DNA from: Zygnema circumcarinatum SAG 698-1b
Taxonomy: Eukaryota > Plantae > Zygnematophyceae
Length of the DNA stretch: 64,000 nt
Assembly (NCBI GenBank): GCA_037447605.1
Contig: CM074814.1
Coordinates: 2,973,403 to 3,037,402 of the forward strand
Direction of reading: 5' to 3'
A model generated the notes under the pieces. The model ran no database searches, was not told the origin of the DNA, and was given only the letters and a program-made list of their open reading frames with translations. This document shows, one piece after another, positions 1 through 11,800 of the stretch. The translations under genes were made by a program, and so were the position numbers. Position 1 is the first letter of the stretch, and each line of letters starts with the position of its first letter.

Positions 1-764
1 TGGTGGAGGATCATGATTATCGAGAGTTTGAGCACAGCTTTGTTCCTTTGCCTCCAGGATTTTTGCTACGAGGGTACGTGTTGCCACTGTGAGATGGAGG
101 TGGAAGGAGGAGCTCACGAGGTTCGTGCGTTTAATTTTCCCACTCGTCCAACTCCTCTTCTGCAGCTCACCCTTTTGTGCATTGCTTTCCGTCAGTTTAG
201 GGTTCACGTGATCGAGTCGTAAGCACAGAAGTGTCAGGTTTGCGCCATTATGTTTGATTTAGCCTTAAGCGTCGTCCAAGTTTTACCTTCACACTGCAGA
301 GCCACCTTCGGCTCCAAGGTTCTAAAGTACATCTAAATCAGAGTTCCTCGTGGGTTCACTGCACATAAGCGAACATAAGTACAAATGTTTAAAGTGTTTT
401 AACAACTCAGAACGCACGAGTCATGCACACGGTCAGAGAATGCATAGAACCTGTGCCGGCATTGACCGTGGCGATGCCCTCCCTGCAGGTGGGCTATCGA
501 GCGAGCACCGCCGATGAAGAACTCGTTCGGAGCTGCATTTGTCCGGTCAGTGACTCACAGACTCACAGTCTGCCTCACTGCCCGCCCGCCCGCCCGCTGG
601 TGCTGGTGCTGACGCGCGGCTCTCCTCTCCTCTCCTCTGCTCCGACCCCATGAGTGCAGGTCCCCCCGCGCGGCGGCCCGCTCGTCGTGCGCCTCCTCAG
701 CGAGGAGACGGCCTGGAGCGAAGGCGTGCTCTGACCCGCCCCGCCTCCGCCCCGCCCTGTCCAT
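1..764 (-). CDS. 5' portion of an unidentified intron-containing gene running off the left edge
   Basis: gccgccATG at 764 opens a GC-rich frame (MDRAGRRRGGSEHAFAPG...). GTGAG donors follow near 570-580. Open stretches near 150-210 (RLDHVNPKLTESNAQK|gtgagc) and 1-86 (VATRTLVAKILEAK). No family recognised; exon structure uncertain. Confidence 0.35.
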
Positions 765-879
765 GGCGGCGCGCCGGACCAGCAGCGCGCGCGGCCTTAG
801 TGCTGGAGGGGCTCCTAGACGCGCTCCTCCTCTTCCTCTTTCCTCCCCGTCCTCCTGTGCTCGCTCCTGGGCGGGCCTG

Positions 880-1100
880 CCCGCCTGCCTCTCAATCAAT
901 CAATCAATCAGTCAATCAATCGATCAATGAATGAATGCCATCCGTCCGACCGCTGCCTGCCTTCTCCCACCTTTCCCTCCCTCCCTCCCTCCCTCCATCC
1001 ATCCCTCCCTCCCTCCCTCCCTCGCCTGCCTCCCCCCTCTTCTCCATCCCTGCCGAGTGCCTCCCTCCCACCCTCCCTCCTCTTCGCCCCACCCTCCCTC
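880..1100 (+). repeat. (TCAA)n followed by (CCCT)n microsatellites
   Basis: Direct reading: tcaatcaatcaat... at about 893-930, then ccctccctccct tracts to about 1100. Confidence 0.85.
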
Positions 1101-1545
1101 CCTAGTCCCTAGTCCCTACTGCCTGCTTGTGCCTCGCCCCGCCTTCGCGCTGACCACCGACCAACCATCATCATCACGTCACGTCACATTAGTAGCGCAT
1201 CTTTCCCCGAGCTGTGCGGTCCCCCTGCGCGTTTACAGTCTCTGTACGGCCTTTGCACGGCAATAAATGGCCGCGCACCGCGACAAACGTTGCCCGCGGG
1301 CGGCACCGCCATCATGGTAGGGAGGAAAGGCGGGCGCCACGTGGTCGCGCCATCCAGGAGGCCGCGACAGAGGCTTGGCGCAGGGCGGGAGGGGCGGGCA
1401 TGCGCCATGGCGCGCGCGCGCCTCGGAGGAGGCGACGGGCCGCTATGGGTCGGTCGGCGGGCGATCGCTCATTCGAGGAGTATGCCAAAGACGGTGGGCA
1501 TGGATGGCTTTTGTCGGGAATTCAATATTTTTCGTCTTAGAAATT

Positions 1546-3199
1546 GGGTAGTGATATTTCCACCCCTTTTTTGGATCCAAACACCCCTTCCCGGCCGGGC
1601 AGATTTCAAAAGGGATTAAAAACGGAAAATGCTTTTTTCACACCTTTTTGGAATCGATACCCCACCTTCTTCCGTCGGCTGATTTTATTTTTGCTAACCA
1701 AGGAAAATGATACCCCGTCACTGCATTTTGAATACTGTATCCCGCCTCCCTGAATTTTTTTGGGGGCGACTATTTACAGTGTACGGATTCTGAATGTAGT
1801 GTACGATTTCGCCGGGCAGCAAAAAAATCCTTTTTTTGGTTGCCGGCGCTGTTTCATACTTTTTAGAATAGATACAGACCTTTTTTCGTCGGATGTACGG
1901 ATAGTGATTTGAAATGTACGAAGCGCGCGCGTCTACAAGGTAGAAGGGCGCAACACGTGGAGCGACATGATTGGTGCGGCAACATATGACGTGGCAAGTA
2001 TGTTTGGGACCGTGACGTGACGAAACGAGACGCGAAAAAAGTGGAGTCCGCGGACGGCAGTCGGAAATGGCGGGAATTAAAACTGACAGAGGAAGATAGG
2101 GCACATAACGTAGCGTGTTTGAGGAAAAATCTGTCAGTTTTTATTCCCGCCATTTCCGACTGCCGTCCGCGGACTCCACTTTTTTCGCGTCTCGTTTCGT
2201 CACGTCACGGTCCCAAACATACTTGCCACGTCATATGTTGCCGCGACCAATCATGTTGCTCCACGTGTTGCGCCCTTATACCTTGTAGACGCGCGCGCTT
2301 CGTACATTTCAAATCACTATCCGTACATCCGACGAAAAAAGGTCTGTATCTATTCTAAAAAGTATGAAACAGCGCCGGGCAACCAAAAAAGGATTTTTTT
2401 TCTGCCCGGCGAAATCGTACACTACATTCAGAATCCGTACACTGTAAATAGTCGCCCCCATTTTTTTTTAGAGGGAAAGAAATATCTGCCAGCCCGAATC
2501 CGCTCGAAGTGGAAGATCCGTCCGCCACGAGATCGTTCGCGGGTGTCCGTCCTTCACACGTGTGTGTCCATCGCAGCTGTCGATTCCCTCGCAGATCGCA
2601 CCACTGCAGGTCACCGTTCGATCTGCAGCCGGGCTCGATCTCAGCGAATGGAAAGCGCCCACGAGTCCCGTCAAAGCCGGATCGCACGTGCGAGTGCGCG
2701 CGTCCCTCGGCCAGAGATCTCGTGATTGTCAGCTCCCAGCCAATCAACAGCTGCCACGTGTTACATTTTTGACGTGGAAAATTTTGATTGGTCCAAGCTC
2801 TCAATGTACGAAATTTTGGGTTCCTCAAAGTTGCGACCGTACGCAATTCGTACGGACAAACTTTTGAGACGACTTTGGCGGATACGTGGGCACTTGCCAT
2901 TCGCTGTGACCGAGCCCTGCTGCAGATCAAATAGTGATCTGCCGAGTTGCGATCTGCGAGGGAATCGACGGCTGCGATGACCGCACGCGTGAAAAAAAAT
3001 TCAGGTAAGCGGGATATTCAAAATGGGGTGACGGGTTATCATTTTCCTTGTTTCGCAAAAATAAAATCTGCCGATGGAGGGTGGGTATCGATTCCAAAAA
3101 GGTGTGAAAAAAGCATTTTCCGTTTTTAATCCTTTTTGAAATCTGCCCGGCCGGGAAGGGGTGTTTGGATCCAAGAAAGGGGTGGAAATATCACTACCC
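1546..3199. mobile_element. Non-autonomous DNA transposon with long TIRs (about 210 bp) and 8-bp TSD TAGAAATT
   Basis: Starts GGGTAGTGATATTTCCACCCC (1546) and ends GGGGTGGAAATATCACTACCC (3199). 1546-1761 is the imperfect inverse of about 2993-3199. TAGAAATT at 1538-1545 and 3200-3207. No transposase ORF. Confidence 0.9.
1762..2459. mobile_element. Foldback element nested in the larger TIR element; 8-bp TSD ATTTTTTT
   Basis: GGGGGCGAC...GTCGCCCCC ends. Arms 1762-2090 and 2130-2459 are near-perfect inverses with a 39-nt spacer. ATTTTTTT at 1754-1761 and 2460-2467. Confidence 0.9.
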
Positions 3200-3799
3200 T
3201 AGAAATTCATTAGAAACAAGCTTTTTCAGGGACACGTGTCGCCCTGGGAACGCTCCACGCCCCCCCTCTGCAAGTTGGTCGGCCAAATCAGCGCGACTAC
3301 TGCCACCTGGCCGCCGTCGATTGGCCCGTCGTCCAGAGATCTTTTAGGACGGGCGGGCAGGCGGGCGTTATCACATTTCGGGCCGTTTCCGTTTCCGGCC
3401 GTACGCTCACACGCGCCGACTGGCGGGGGGCGGCGCGCTGACGTCACGCCCTGCTGCCCGCAGCGCACGTGGCGCGGCCGGGCCTTGTCGCGTTGCGCGG
3501 CGCGGTTCCCTGCGAAGGGCGACCGTCGGGGCCGACAGTTCCGTGTGCCGAGGGAGGCTCGCCAGTCGCGGGCTGCCACCGGGCGAGCAGCCTGAGATTT
3601 CACTTTTATTTGGCTCCTCCATTCAGGGACTGCCACGGGGCGCAGTCGGTGCAGATGCGGCCGTGGCGCAACTGCCGGCGGGAGCATGGAACCGCTCCAC
3701 CGACGGCGGCCCCAACCGCCCCCCTCTCGCGGGGAAGGGGGCGCGCCCCCTTAAGGGCGGCCATGGCAGCAGCTCTCTGAATGCGCTCCGCCACTGCCC

Positions 3800-4078
3800 C
3801 GCCACTGCCCCTCCCCTCTCTTCCCCGTCCATCCCCTCCCCGCCCCTCCCCTACCTTCCCCGCACCTCCCCTCCCCTCCCATTGCCGCCCCTCCCCTCCC
3901 CTCCCCGCCCCTCCCCTCCACTCCCCGCCCCTCCTCTCCCCTCCCCTCCCCTCCCCTCCTCGCCCCTCCCCTCCCCGCATCTCCCCTTCCCTTTTCTCCC
4001 CGCCCCTCCTCTTCCCTCCCTGCCCCTCCCCTCCCCTCCCCTCCCCGCCCCTCCCCTCCCTGTCCCGCCCCTCCCCTT
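3800..4078 (+). repeat. Degenerate (CCCCT/CCCCG)n pentamer tract upstream of the RAY1-like gene
   Basis: Direct reading. It explains the proline-rich and glycine-rich ORFs here, and the minus strand is G-quadruplex-prone. Confidence 0.85.
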
Positions 4079-4129
4079 GCGAGGTCCCAGGGCGGCAGTT
4101 CCGCATTGCTGCGCCGCGTGGTCGCGAAG

Positions 4130-6573
4130 ATGACAAAGAAGCGGATGGCGCGGGGAGAGGCCCTGCCTGTGGCGTCGGCGGCGCGGCAGGCAGGCGGGGC
4201 CGCGCGACTCTCAGGCGCGGTGGCGGCGCAGGCGCCGATGATGCTGGCGCTGGCGCTGTTCGTGTGGGCGCTCACCATCTTCCGCGCGCGGCCCCCCCTC
4301 GCCCCGCCGGGCGGCTGCGGCCCGGCCGGGGGCGCGGGGGCGCTGCTCGCGGGGCTGCTGGGCGGCGCGCGCCTCCCGCAGGCCGCGGTGCTCGCGGAGG
4401 GGCGGGGGCGGCCGCGCGCGCTGCTCGCCCGGGGGGACGCGCCCGCGCTCACCGTCTTCTGCGCGCCCAAGCCCTTCGGGAACGACTCCGATGGCACGCA
4501 GAGGCGGGCGCTGCTCTCTTGGCTCGCGCTTGACCCCGTGCCCAAAGTAGTGCTGCTGGGAGATGATCCGAGCTTCCTGGAGATTGAGAAGGAGTTTCCT
4601 GAGCATGTGTCAGTGGACGCGCACATAGATTACAATTTCAATGGAATTCCGCAGTTTCACAGCATTGTAGCACGAGCGCAGGCGGCGGATACGGAGCTTT
4701 CGATGATCATTAACGGGGACATCATTCTGCTGAACGATATCATGGCAGCCGTCGGGAAGGTCTCCGCCTCTTTCGACCACTGGGTCCTCACGGCGCCTCG
4801 CTGGGACTTGGGAGAGAGCTTCCCATTCAGCTTCGAACCGGAGGATATTCGGAAGTCCGGGAAGACGATGACAGCCATGGCTGCTGAAATTCGGCAGTTT
4901 GCAGAAGCCACTGGAAGCCTGCACACATATGGGGGCGTGGACTTTTGGCTGTGGAACAACTCTCCGGTGCCGCTCTTCGCGGACAGCATGCCCCCGTTCA
5001 CCTTCGGGCGGTCCAAATACGACAACTGGTTCACGCACGAGATCATCGCCGCGGGGCTGCGTCAGCTGGTGGACGCGGGGGAGGCCGTGACCAACCTCCA
5101 CGTGGCGCACGCCTACGAGCACGTGGCCACGCTCAGCAGCGGGAGCGCCCCCCCAGTGGCTGCGGGAAAAAACTTTTGGAGTTTGCGCAAGCGGAGCAGC
5201 TGGGAGATGTTCAACAACATCCATCTCGCCGAGACGCATGGCTCCTACACCAACCAGAAGGGCACCGCGCTGCACGCGCCATGGCGCCTCGCCGCCTGCT
5301 TCGAGCCCGCAGGTAGGCCGGAGGGGGTCTCTGGTTGTACCGCTCGTCCTCGTCTAATGGTTGAGATGATAGACTCGTCTGCTTGGCTTCTTGTTCCTCC
5401 CTCACCTTACCTCACCTTACCATTTGTGTTCTTGTGTGCACAGCCGGCAACATGTGCCTTCTGAAGCGGAGAAGGCCGGCGAACTGCTCCTGCGAGTACT
5501 CCCCATACGTTTCGAGCACGCAGTCGGACCCGAAGCTCGACCAGAAGGGTCGCTGGACGTGCGGAATGGTGTCGGTGGACAGGACGAAGGACTACACCGT
5601 TGTGGCCACAGCCACGCCGGACTCGAAGGCCGGACTCCCGCACACCATGGAGCAGCTCCTCCCCAAGCAGGCCATGGAGGTGGACGGGCTCAAAGTCGTG
5701 ACTCTTGTGGCCGTCACTTTCGGCTACGCAGAGATGCTGATGAACTTCATCTGCAGGCTGCGCTTGATGGGGCTGGAAAGCAACCTGGTGGTGGCTGCTC
5801 TGGACGAGGATATGTACAAGTTCGCCTTCACGCAGGGCCTGCCCGTGTACTACGAGCACGTGGGGGCCACGGTGCAGAGCCTGAATTCGGCGGACTGCGA
5901 CTTCGGCACTCCCTGCTTCCGGCAGTTCACGAAGCTGAAGTCGCGGGCGGTCCTGCGCGTGCTGCGGGCGGGCTATTCCGTGCTCTGGACGGACGTGGAC
6001 ATTGTGTGGTTTACCGACCCTCTCCCGCAGCTGCTTGCCTTTGGGGCGGGCACCTTCCCCGTGCAGAGCAACGAGCCGAACGCGTCTCTACCGGGCACGG
6101 GCATCCGCCGCATCAACTCGGGCTTCTACTTTGCGCGCGCGGACGAGCAGACCGTGGAGGCTTTCGCCGCCATTGTGGAGCACGCCGCCAAAACCAAGCT
6201 GTCGGAGCAGCCGAGCTTCTATGACATCCTCTGCGGCGTGAAGGGTGAGCTTCTCGTGAAGGGGAAGGAGGAGTGCCGGTGGAGAAACGGTCTGAGAACC
6301 GTCTTCCTGAACCGCACCGTGTTCCCCAATGGGGCGGTCCACGGCATGTGGGAGGAGGCGGACGTGAGCGGCTCCTGCAAGGCGAGGGGCTGCGCCATCC
6401 TGCACAACAATTGGATATCGGGGAAGGACGCGAAGAGCGCCCGCCTGCGGCAGCACGGTTTCTGGCACTACGACGCGGACCGCCGGATGTGCGCACACGC
6501 GTGGCACGCGCGCCTACCTCCCGTGCTTCGGACGGCGGCTCAGCCAGAGGGGGACGGCTCGGAAGCACATTGA
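4130..6573 (+). CDS. RAY1: GT77 beta-arabinofuranosyltransferase RAY1-like; exons 4130-5312 and 5444-6573, about 770 aa
   Basis: N-terminal transmembrane segment and ALLSWLAL motif. C-terminal nucleotide-diphospho-sugar transferase motifs DCDFGTPCFRQFTKLKSR, WTDVDIVWF, RRINSGFYFAR and LSEQPSFYDILCG match recalled Arabidopsis RAY1. The 131-nt GT-AG intron 5313-5443 preserves frame. Confidence 0.85.
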
Positions 6574-7194
6574 ACAACCCGTTCAATTGCCCGCTTAACC
6601 TTTTTGCAGGAGGCGAAAAAAAGGCTTCGACAATGCAATGCAAGCGAGAGAGGGGCACCACAGGGACCTGTAAACATCGGCACAGCAAAGGGTGCCTTGT
6701 CCGTTTACTCCGCCTGTATCTATTGTGTTCTGTTCTGTTCGAGCACAGACGGCCTGTACATTACGCTAGTCACGTAGATTGCTGGCATTCTTATTCTTTC
6801 AATTTTTAATTTCAAAAACAAAATAGTTTGGATGAAGCCTATGGCGCTTCTGTAGAGGCCACTTGTGACCTCTGCCAACCGTCAAAAAAGAAATGCTCAC
6901 AGTGCACAACCTCACTGCTTATGTTCGCCCTCAGTGTGCGTTGCGGAATGCGGGAATGTGAATGTGGCAGGGAATGCAGCGGAAGGCTGCCTGCAGGCTG
7001 GCTGCCGACACTCATGCCAATCCAAGCTCTGAACAACTACACCGCTACATTAAAAGAGCAGAAATGCTACTCCACACGGGACATCGTAAGCGCCGTATTT
7101 CCAACAGAGAGTGCACGTCACAATTTCCAGCGTGTGTTCACAACAGCAACCACCATGTTCCCTCTAAAAATCCACCGGCTCCGGCCACTGCGCC

Positions 7195-10100
7195 CTACGA
7201 CCTCCCCTGCTCCTGCTGCTGCGCTGCCGCAAGGGCCGACTCCCTCTCTGCCGCCTGCTTCGCCAGACGCGCCCTCTTCTCCTCGCGCTCCTTCTTCCTC
7301 CTCTCCTCCTCGCTCAGCTTCTTCTTCTCCTTGCTCTGCAACATCAAGCCAAGCCGTCAACCCTGTGCATGCCCCCTGCAGACAGCTCCCACCCAGGGCT
7401 AAAGGCGACCAGAGGTGTGCGGGGATGCGGGGGCTTACTTCCGCAGCAGCTGCTTTTGGCTTCGCCGCCCCCTTGCCCCTCTCCTGCGCGGCCTCCTTCG
7501 CCCCCCCTCCCTCCGCCTGCGGCGTGCCCTTCGGCAGAGCGTCGGGCCCTGCCGCCTCGTAAGTCTTCGCTGCCTTCTCCTTCAGAAGCTCAACAACCTG
7601 CATGCAACTCGCACGCACGGCGGACACTCGTAAGCCACAACGTCAGGGTGGCCCAGTGGGGAGAAGAGAACATGACAACAGGAGATTGAAGTCAGGTGTT
7701 GAAGGAGGGTGACTTACTGTCTTCTCACGCCACGCCCGCTGCCATGCTTGGTCTAGCAAGATTCCCTTCACTCTTCTCTCTGTCTCTACCACTTCCTCCG
7801 ATGCTGCCTTTGCCTTTGGGTCGGCCAGTCCCTTCACCTTATCTGCTTCAAGCAGAGGCTTTTCTGCACCCTGCCACACATCACGTTCACGTGAGTCGCT
7901 CAGTCGTGCATTGTGACAACTCTCGTCAGTGCCCTTCCTCACGTTTCCCTCTGCGCCCTTCCATTCTTCCCAGATGCCCTATTCTTAGCTCAGGTCAAAC
8001 GACAGGAAGGATCGAAATTATTACGAGCCCCCACTCCGCTGGTCGCGGCGGAACTCGCATTTTAGAAACCTCCTCTTCTGTCTGCTTGATGGCCTTGAAG
8101 AATGGAATGTTGTGCACCATCACCGGGTCTGACAGAGCTCGGATAGGATTCAACTCCACCAGCGTCTGCCGGCCCCCCTCAACGCCAAATGCAACTGAAT
8201 GTCATGCTGCGGCTTAAAACAAGAAACACACGCTAACAAAGTGGCCAACAAACGCGGAGCAGAATGGAGACCACCGTCCGCTCTCCCCACTTCAATTTCC
8301 ATCTCGGAAAGTGCATTGGCCACAGGATGGAGCAAGCAGCAGCCACTGCAACAGCGAGGCTCGCAGAGGAGGCGGACACCATGAGCGAAAGTGGCAGCCA
8401 TGGATCACCTGCTGAGCATCCTCCCAACCAGGTGCTCTTTCCGCCACCATTTGGCGCACCTTGTTGTACTCCTGAGAGCGCTGCACGCGACAAAGAACAG
8501 ACTCCAGGGACCGTCAGTTGGGAAGGGAAAGGAACAACAAAATTGGAATACGAAGGAAGGCTGTTCACATTGTTAGAGGCCCTTCTCCCGTCGGCACAGT
8601 CACCCTCAGCTTCAGGGTAGTCGGAAAACTCGCCTCATATTCCCACCACCTTTTCTTTTTGGCCTCCTCAGAAAGTTGAATCCCATATTCCAATTCTGGG
8701 CGAACAAACATCCAGTACTTAGCGAGATCTGGACTGCCCATGGTCATTTCCTCCACCTGCTCCCTCGACCCATGGAAGAATACTGGCATGGGCTCTCAAA
8801 ACGGGCAAACCATTACCCTCCCCTGATGCAGGCAGCACGGAGGTAGTGCATCTGCTCAAACAGCAACTGCACACGCCATAATAGCGCCTTATACAGCAGC
8901 TTCCCAAGGAGTAACGTGACTGCATGCGACGTGCATTGGACAAGCGGGAAACACCGTAGACTCCATTTTGCTATCACTCACACTGATGCGCCGCGATCTG
9001 CGATAAACATCCCACGCCTTCCACGGAGCATCAAAGATCTGCAGCCCCTCACAGCCTCCACACGCATTCCATGAACAACTGCTACACAGACTCTCCTACT
9101 CCAAACGTCGCTGACTTGTAAGGTTGTGCATCTCCCTTTTCTCGCGTGAGGAAAGAGTCCTAGAGGACCCATTTGGGGAAAAGCGATGCATGATCCTCTG
9201 CTTCAGCTCCGTTGAGCCAGTATGGAGAATTGCTTCCTTCAAATGATGGCTCTAGGTTGTGGGCGTAAAGCTCACTGACTGCTGCAAGACATGCAGGAGA
9301 TGAATTTTCCTTCCCTGTGCAGAAGGGGTAAGGGGGGCCGGCCCACCTTATCAAAGCTGACCTTGCCCTTCCATGCGTTTCCCTTGCATGCCGGGCATTT
9401 CATGACACCCTGTCACATCACAAGAAACAAGGAAACGAAAGCTGAAATAAGGTGCGACTTCAGCAAGGGAGTCATTGTAAATTACTCCTCCACGTGCAAG
9501 GCACCAATGGTTGCTGCAAATCTACCTCAAGCAAAAAATAATATCCACTTACCGAGCCGCTGCAAGTGGGGCATTCTTTTTGCGGAAGTGGGCCGTAAGT
9601 GACTCCGGCAGGAAGGTGTATGACATCAGCGCGCCCCTCCGCCACAGCGGCCGCCACACTGTCTGCCGTTTCCTTCTCTCCCCTGCAGACGGCCGGCAGG
9701 TGCAGGGTGGGCTCCCATGAAGCAGAGATATCGGCTCCACTCATCTCCAAGGCCGCCATTGTCTCCCCTCTCATCTCTCAACTCTCACATCTCAACTAGT
9801 CCACTCTCATCTCTCATCTCTTTTCTCTTCCCCCTCTCATCTCTCAAACCGTCCATTCTCATCAATCACACTTCAGAGCGCAAAGCGTAGGCTGGGGGGG
9901 CTCACGGGCGCAGGTTGGCATTCCGCACGGCGAACTGCACGCGGCCGCGCGCTCGGCACGTTCGGCAGGCTAACCCCTCCCAGCCGTTGCACCGTTCGCA
10001 TTCCCTGCATGCATCGTTTTTCATTTCTCAACAGATTGTTCAAGGTGCATAGTAGTCTGCTCACAAACTTTGGACATATTGTATCTAACCTCACAGACAA

Positions 10101-11680
10101 TACAACTAAGTCTGTGGCATTCTATAATCCAGCGTCATTAATATCCCATAAGTTTATAAAAGTGCAGTGAACCCATCATAAAAAAGGCGTGCGAAAAAAC
10201 TCTTCTGAACTCGTAACTTTGGATGTTGCCTCCATAAAGGAAAACCAGGACCTCTTGCACAAAGATCCGTTGCAGGACCAGAATGATGAATTCCGGATAG
10301 GTCCTCACCTCACCTTGTCCCATAGACCTTTCCGATGAAGTCCCCTGCCATAGACACAGTGCCTGCGGCAGCTACTGCCTGCATCACGAAATTTGGAGCA
10401 AGTCAACGCGCATCCATGCATAATGCTGTACATTTTGCAATTTTACGTTTTGTAAATAGAGCAGAAAAAAAAATTTGAAGCAAGCAGAACGAGCACGCTC
10501 AGCCTGCACAACAATAGAACAGTTAAAGGCCAAGTACTCGAACCAATTCCAAATCAGAAGGTCAACAGCAGAATCCAGGATTAAATGCAAGAGACTAGCG
10601 TTTCCCTGGGAACAAAGCTACACATATAACCCCACTCAGAGGTCTTGAGGGCATCCAAGTGCCATTACAGCCGTGTTTGATTGGGGCAATAACTCGCCAT
10701 ACAGCGCAAATTCGAATCATCGGCAAGCGAGACAACTTCAGCTTGTAGGGCAGGTTCCACTTTTATTATCCTCTCTTTCTCCACACAATCTAGCCGCACA
10801 AGAAAAAAAATTCTAACCACATGAAGCCACAGGCTACCAAGTCCATGACATCACCAAGACTAGCAGAATAGACTGGCAGTCTCTAGCTTCACACAAACGC
10901 ACAGCTCTCTCGGCTTACTCCGCAATGAAGTAAATGTCAAAGTGATCGAGAAATATTGTGAGGAACGTGAAATTCAGGACTTCAGAGCTTCTAATTTGTA
11001 TGGACGAGAATGGGTCAATCGTCTAGACACAGTTCCTTTTCCAAACTCAAGACGCAGCTTAAGCTCGAGGAGGATAAGAATAGTTCATACGTTCCTTCCT
11101 ACTCTCAAAGCTCTTAAAAAATAAGAATATCAGAAAGCATTGATCTAGACAGGAATTCCTCAGCATTGAAGGTGCGAGAGGCCTTCTTTGATGCGTGCTC
11201 TTCCCCCGTTCAAGTCTCCCAAACAGAACCCAGCAGGCGACCTGACTCGCATGCACGCTAGACGACTTCTTTGAGTACATTCTCGGTTCCGCCGGAGAAC
11301 CACTCATTACTTCCCGTTTGAACTCCACTATCGCCACATTATGCTGCACGTCTTAATTAAACCCAAAACCTGGCTCATTAACTGAGAGAATCCGGAGAAA
11401 TTGCAAAAGACGGAAACGGAGGATGTAGGGAAAAAGAAACGCGAGCACCGGAGTTGAGACCATGTTGGTCGCATGACATAAGAGAAAACCTCTGCTAAAG
11501 GGCGGCAGCACGCACGAAGCAGGCGAAGCTGGCGGCGTCAGCGAGCAGGCGCGGCAAGCCCAGGCCCGTGCGCAGCGCCTCGTCCGCCTCCACCTTGAGG
11601 TCGTAGGCGAAGCCCTGCGCTGTGTCGGCCGCGGCCTTCAGCCGCGCCTGCACCGCCTTCAGCGCGCCGTCGGGGTTCAT
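7195..11680 (-). CDS. EMB2737: EMB2737-like protein with DnaJ-type CxxCxG zinc-finger repeats, multi-exon
   Basis: Spliced exons: 11516-11680 (MNPDG...ASFACF), 10314-10378 (AVAAAGTVSMAGDFIGK), then ECERCNGWEGLACRTC, GEKETADSVAAAVAEGRADVIHLP...CPTCSGS, GVMKCPACKG, APWKAWDV, KKKRWWEYE, RAPGWE, DPVMVHNIPFFKA and DQAWQRAWREK. These are collinear with recalled At5g53860. TAG at 7195-7197. Confidence 0.85.
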
Positions 11681-11709
11681 GGCGTCCGAGTGTCCCGGCC
11701 CGCCCTGCA

Positions 11710-11800
11710 CCCCCTTCTCCCTCTCTCCCTCCCTCCCTCCCTCCCTCCCTCCCTCTCTCTCTCTCGCTCTCCCTCTCTCTCTCTCGCTCTCCCTCCCTCC
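11710..11800 (+). repeat. (CCCT)n/(CT)n microsatellite in the 5' region of the EMB2737-like gene
   Basis: Direct reading. Confidence 0.8.

Noticed and set aside
3543-4136. Extensin-like SPPP and Gly/Glu-rich ORFs
   Set aside because: They are translations of the CCCCT repeat upstream of RAY1-like, with no signal peptide or independent gene structure.
10940-11350. Open stretches with plausible splice sites inside the EMB2737-like gene
   Set aside because: Exon 1 joins the AVAAAG exon in frame and collinear with the homologue; these peptides match nothing I recognise, so they are treated as intron.
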